From contig OZ240245.1 of NCBI GenBank assembly GCA_965198175.1, positions 1,792,001-1,856,000 on the forward strand: a DNA stretch of 64,000 nt, given 5' to 3'. Shown piece after piece: positions 59,543 through 64,000 of the stretch (position 1 is the first letter of the stretch; each line of letters opens with the position of its first letter). The notes below the pieces were generated by a model, which was not told the DNA's origin, did no database searches, and was given only the letters and a program-made list of their open reading frames with translations. This stretch comes from Candidatus Poribacteria bacterium. Lineage in GTDB: Bacteria; Poribacteria; WGA-4E; PCPOR2b. The position numbers were made by a program, and so were the translations under genes.

Positions 59543-60373
59543 TTACCGCACGCGATACCCACAATATTTGCAGAGTTTTCTCGTTTCAAGGTAATAGACG
59601 GGCAAGTTGTTGCTTCGTGCACGGTATTCGTTGTGCTTTCCACACAACCAGTAGAACATCTCCGCAGCATCATTACGCGCTCGATGCCCTTCCCGGTTGA
59701 AGGTGTTTTTGACAGGGGCGTGATAGGCGTGTTCGAGATCGAACTCCGGTTCCATAACCCAGTCACGCTCCGGCGGCGCAGTGCGCATGTACCAGTATTT
59801 GAGCAGGTTGCGGGTACCACTGACTTTGGATGCACCGCGACGGTGCCATATCGAATAGACGGTGAGGAAGATTGATCCAGCCGGCGCCGCGGTAGAAACT
59901 GCATCTCGGATACCCGAGTAGTGCGTCATAAAGCCTTGTAGGGCGAAGAGGAAATGGGAGCCCGGGACCACTTCAGTTGGACCCATTTCTAAGGGGGTAT
60001 CTTGCGGATAATAGAAAACTTGCAGCGAATCGAGTTCGTGACTGTATACGGAGCCTCCATCACGGTGCCACCCTTGCGCTGGCCCCGGACCTTCAGCTTG
60101 ATGATTTGCCATATAAGGCATGGTCAGGGAGAAATCCTTGCCAAGCAGCGAACGCACTGCGCCCGCGGCCTGAGGATTGGCGAGCACATTGTCAACAAAC
60201 CAGTCTTCATCCACAATTTCGCCGAATCTTTCTCCTGTGCGTTCTTCAAGAAATTGAGTTGTTCTTTTGTTAATCTCGTCCGGAACAACCCCTTCTAGCA
60301 TCAAATAACCGTTATGGCAAAATTCCAGAACTTGTAAGTCGTTCAACGTCGGTTCACAATCGTACGTTCTCAT
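59543..60373 (-). CDS. PhyH-family dioxygenase (tandem paralogue)
   Basis: WHRD, VVPGSH and IWHR. Confidence 0.87.
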   Translation of the reverse strand: MRTYDCEPTLNDLQVLEFCHNGYLMLEGVVPDEINKRTTQFLEERTGERFGEIVDEDWFVDNVLANPQAAGAVRSLLGKDFSLTMPYMANHQAEGPGPAQGWHRDGGSVYSHELDSLQVFYYPQDTPLEMGPTEVVPGSHFLFALQGFMTHYSGIRDAVSTAAPAGSIFLTVYSIWHRRGASKVSGTRNLLKYWYMRTAPPERDWVMEPEFDLEHAYHAPVKNTFNREGHRARNDAAEMFYWLCGKHNEYRARSNNLPVYYLETRKLCKYCGYRVR

Positions 60374-60436
60374 GGCAACCTCTGGTGTTTCAGGATAAAT
60401 CTCGGAATGGTCAAAACGGTGCGTTGAGATGTGAAA

Positions 60437-60465
60437 CCTTCGGAAGGCTCAAGACCTTCCGAAGG
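60437..60465. repeat. Intergenic hairpin
   Basis: ccttcggaagg-ctcaaga-ccttccgaagg. Confidence 0.5.
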
Positions 60466-60485
60466 ACAGTACATTCATATCAGTT

Positions 60486-61433
60486 TCAAATTCGGATAAA
60501 TTTTTGTAAATGATGTCGATTCGGCGATTCTGGCATTATGCCGACTTCTCCCACGTACAAGTCTCCATGAACATCAAGATAGATCCCGTGCCCACCTTGA
60601 AAGTCACCCGGTATGTCTGCCCCGCCACCGGAACCCCATCGAGCTTGGAGTTCACCATTGAGATTAAAGATACTGACACGGCCAGGCAGTTCTGCTACGT
60701 AAGCGTAGTCGTCGGAATCAATGAAAAGCTGACACGGAGATTGGGTATCTGTCCATTCGTCTAGATACTCACCATCAGCGGTGAAGATTTGGATACGGTT
60801 GTTCGATCGATCCGCAACGTATACCTTCTCATTGCGGTCGACAGCAACGCCGTGTGGGAGAATAAACTGTCCGGGGCCATTGCCGGGTTCGCCCCATGAA
60901 AAGAGGAGTTCTCCGCCAGCCGAAAATTTGTGGACACGAGCGTTGCCATAGCCATCTGAGATATACATCTCCCCACTCTCGGAAAGACCCAGATTGGTCG
61001 GCAAATTGAAGGGTGGCCCAGCGCGTACAACGGTGCCGGGATCCATGTTAATTACGCCGGTATCGGAACATTGACCGCTGACACCCAAGGTCAAAAGGAG
61101 TTCGCCGTCGGTGGTGAACTTCCGAACGGTGTGGTCGAAATCATCGGTGAGGTACACTGCATCGTCAGGTCCGATAAAGATGCCGTGCGGTCGGGCGAAG
61201 TTTCCCTCACCCCAGGAGTTTACAAACGTGCCATCGCGCTCGAAGATAATAACCGGGGGCTCGCCACGGTGGAAAACATAAACACGGTCGCTTGAGTCTA
61301 CGGCTACGCCAGGTACTTCGCCAAAACGCCACCCGTGCGGCAACTGTTCCCAACCCTGGGCTACCTCGTATCTAAATCCTCCAGTACCCTCAATTTCAAC
61401 TTCGGAGTTGCGGTTCGTTGTTGTTTGGTCCAT
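60486..61433 (-). CDS. NHL-repeat protein (peptidyl-alpha-hydroxyglycine lyase-like)
   Basis: PHGIFI, SDGYGNARVHKF, PHGVAVD and ADRSNNRIQIF. Confidence 0.88.
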   Translation of the reverse strand: MDQTTTNRNSEVEIEGTGGFRYEVAQGWEQLPHGWRFGEVPGVAVDSSDRVYVFHRGEPPVIIFERDGTFVNSWGEGNFARPHGIFIGPDDAVYLTDDFDHTVRKFTTDGELLLTLGVSGQCSDTGVINMDPGTVVRAGPPFNLPTNLGLSESGEMYISDGYGNARVHKFSAGGELLFSWGEPGNGPGQFILPHGVAVDRNEKVYVADRSNNRIQIFTADGEYLDEWTDTQSPCQLFIDSDDYAYVAELPGRVSIFNLNGELQARWGSGGGADIPGDFQGGHGIYLDVHGDLYVGEVGIMPESPNRHHLQKFIRI

Positions 61434-61716
61434 TATAATTCTCCTGTAATTATGTATCAGATTTCCAAAAGCGAAGGGGCAATCTGTCGCCTTGCTATTG
61501 GGCTTAATTCGATATTATACCAAATTTTCCAACAGAATTGTGCATAAATATTTGTCCCGTTGAGCGCAGGGGATGGTTCTTGACTTGGTTCAGAATGGCA
61601 TTTTCCGCACTGATTGCCGACTGATTGGGATTCGAAACAACTTGTCGAATGACCTAAAGTGAAGGTGAGCCTCTGTATTGGTCTTTGAGGACAAATCGGC
61701 AATCAGTCGGTTTAAA

Positions 61717-64000
61717 TTACTCAACAACGAGAATTTTGCCGATTGCATTTGTGCGTTCTTTGGCGCCAGCCCGTTGTGCTTCAAGGCGGAAGACATAGAC
61801 CCCGCGCGCAACGTCTGCCCCCGATTGATTTTCAAGATTCCAGGTCACGAGTTGATCGGTTCGACCGGCGCGAATATCTTGAAATTCCTCATAGAATACA
61901 AGATCACCCGCGAAATCATAGATGCTAAGGAGAACATCTAGCACTTCGTCATCGGTGGCGTTGACATCGAAGGAGAAATTAGCGGTATCGCCGGCAGCCT
62001 GTCTCACGGGATTGGGCCAAGCGTATGTTGAACCCTTGAATGAAAGCGAAACCGCGAATGTCGCCGTCACTCCGTCAACGACTGTGGCGTTTCCGGCGCG
62101 ATCGGTGGCACGAACATCGAGGTTATATACCCCGGATTGCGAGGGCAGAAAATCGAGCGACCAACGGCTCCACGGTTCTTCCTCTGCCTCGCTCTCATCT
62201 TGAGCGATGACAGAATTGATTGGGATGCCGTTGGGACCGACTCCAACGATTTCGACGAGTAAAACCCCGGAAGCAGAAACTTCATCAGTTTCTGGGTCAT
62301 GAGCTGTTCCCTTTAAGGGAATCGGTTCATTTTCAAGCGTCGTGACCCCGCCGAAATCCGTCAGTGCGGCAACCGGTTCCGTTCTTTCATGGAGAAACTG
62401 CATAGAGATTGAATCGCTGGGTTGAAAGCCGAGATTCTCCTCATCTAACCCAACGCTCGTGATAGCAACTTGATAAATTCCTTCTACTGTTAGGGCGTCA
62501 GATTTGAACTCAATTTCATCGACGCCGTTCTGACGCAAGCTGCCGTTAATCGGATTATCATCCGGGCCACGTAACGTAATCATTGATTGAGACAGATCCA
62601 CTCCAAGTCCGCGCCCTCCATCTAGGGTAATATCTTCAAGTCTTGACCGAATGACTACGCCACTACTGCTGTTGGTTGCCGATGGGTAGTCGGGACGGTT
62701 TCTATCGTAGAGCAGAGGCAGGTCGTTTATTTCCAGGGAGTCGGTAATGATTATCGGCGGGCGTGTGTCGTAGAAAAACTCGTAAATCACCGGTTCAGAG
62801 ACATTTTCGGCGCGATCTTCAGCAAGTAACGTTACTCGATACTGCCCATCTTGACTTCCGTCACTAGCAAGTGGGGTCGTCAGTCGGAAGGATAGCGTTT
62901 GCTGTCCATCGCTATACAAGGTTCCGCGAATCTGCTGACCTGTCTCGATTTTCTCGAGCGTGAGCCAAGACTCAGCTAAATTGTCCCAATCAATTCCCGA
63001 ACTCGGTTCGTCGTCAGTAACGGGAACCTGAATCTCGTTGAGTGCGTTATTAACGCCTGGCTCCGCTACAATCAACGATACCGTATCCGGATCAACCTCG
63101 GGTGGCACCGTATCGTAGGCAAAGGTAAATTGGCGCGGCGACCCTTGTCGTCCGGCACGATTGACTGGTATCACCGAAATGGCATACATTCCATCGTCAG
63201 ATCCATCAGCGGCGAGTGGACGCGATAGCCGATACACCAACCTGCTTCCTGCTTCAGTCTGTATGCCCGCCACACGTGTATCATCGGGGGCAAGCAGGGC
63301 AATCGTTGAGCGACCCGAGACGCCGCCATCCAACTGAAGTTGGGCTTCAACTTGTCGAAGTGGACGATTCGTAAATGCCTTTTCCGAGGGTGAGGTTGCT
63401 GGAACGGTTGAAACGACAGCAGGTATACTTGACGAAAAAAGGAAACTTGCCATGAACGGTGTATCGGCACCATTTCCCGCGCGATCCACGGCTTGAACGC
63501 GGATGGTATAATTCCCGTCCTCCACAAGCCCTGGAATCCGCAGCATCATCCTCGCTCGCCCATCGTTGTTTGGCTCTCCGGCAATTTCGACGCCGTTTGC
63601 GTCCAAAAGGGTCAACGTGGAAGCACCAAAATCGATGCCGCTGTCACCGGTATCCTGTAAATCGGCTGTAATTAAACGAACATCATCACTGATTGCCTCC
63701 CCATCTGCGGGATGCGTTTGCACCCTTGGGGCTATCGTATCATACACCAGTTGATGCGCAATCCCACTTAGATTGCCCGCATTATCGCTGAGAACAACAA
63801 CAACGCTGTAGGTACCATCGTCGCTGCCATCGGTCGCGAGCGGCTGAGAAAGGGTGAAGATAATCAGTTCGGTCCCGTCATCGGTTAAGTCGCCTGAGAT
63901 AAGGTTTCCGTGCGCATCCCACAGATGAAGCCTCTGTTCATCAATTTTTAGTCCAGCCGGACCGACATCAACCACCAATGCGGCGATCTGGGAAATTTGC
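61717..64000 (-). CDS. Large Ig-like-repeat surface protein with FlgD-Ig/T9SS-like C-terminal domain; 5' end lies beyond the window
   Basis: Repeats with PLAxDGSxDGxY and DxAGN...YDTxxP; C-terminal YAWPNP...TWNLENQSGADVARGVYVFRL; frame open to the edge. Confidence 0.82.
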   Translation of the reverse strand, partial: QISQIAALVVDVGPAGLKIDEQRLHLWDAHGNLISGDLTDDGTELIIFTLSQPLATDGSDDGTYSVVVVLSDNAGNLSGIAHQLVYDTIAPRVQTHPADGEAISDDVRLITADLQDTGDSGIDFGASTLTLLDANGVEIAGEPNNDGRARMMLRIPGLVEDGNYTIRVQAVDRAGNGADTPFMASFLFSSSIPAVVSTVPATSPSEKAFTNRPLRQVEAQLQLDGGVSGRSTIALLAPDDTRVAGIQTEAGSRLVYRLSRPLAADGSDDGMYAISVIPVNRAGRQGSPRQFTFAYDTVPPEVDPDTVSLIVAEPGVNNALNEIQVPVTDDEPSSGIDWDNLAESWLTLEKIETGQQIRGTLYSDGQQTLSFRLTTPLASDGSQDGQYRVTLLAEDRAENVSEPVIYEFFYDTRPPIIITDSLEINDLPLLYDRNRPDYPSATNSSSGVVIRSRLEDITLDGGRGLGVDLSQSMITLRGPDDNPINGSLRQNGVDEIEFKSDALTVEGIYQVAITSVGLDEENLGFQPSDSISMQFLHERTEPVAALTDFGGVTTLENEPIPLKGTAHDPETDEVSASGVLLVEIVGVGPNGIPINSVIAQDESEAEEEPWSRWSLDFLPSQSGVYNLDVRATDRAGNATVVDGVTATFAVSLSFKGSTYAWPNPVRQAAGDTANFSFDVNATDDEVLDVLLSIYDFAGDLVFYEEFQDIRAGRTDQLVTWNLENQSGADVARGVYVFRLEAQRAGAKERTNAIGKILVVE

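Overview
Bacterial chromosomal window, most genes on the minus strand. Many LamG-domain secreted proteins ending in an AVxPxGKxAxxWGxxK tail, four PhyH-type dioxygenases and a large OPT-like membrane protein point to Candidatus Poribacteria or a similar lineage (inference only). Left part: a heme cluster (hemE, hemH, hemY) beside a pentaheme cytochrome c, a selA-selB-selC (tRNA-Sec) locus, and a gpsA/cytidylyltransferase/HAD operon. Middle (about 24-37 kb): an accessory island with a nonsense-interrupted HicB-like gene, REP/REPIN repeats, a single-chain restriction-modification enzyme, a TPR-thermonuclease, and an orphan terminase pair behind a structured attenuator/antisense-like leader. Right part: five tandem LamG paralogues, catabolic enzymes (GldA-like, AKR, tricorn protease, GGT, GH95-like, NHL protein) and a large Ig-repeat protein cut by the window edge. 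The most notable unexplained signal is a dispersed 31-nt intergenic cassette (8 full copies, all in one orientation). Its variable 17-nt core shows compensatory base changes that preserve a hairpin with tandem G-A mismatches and a GNRNA pentaloop.
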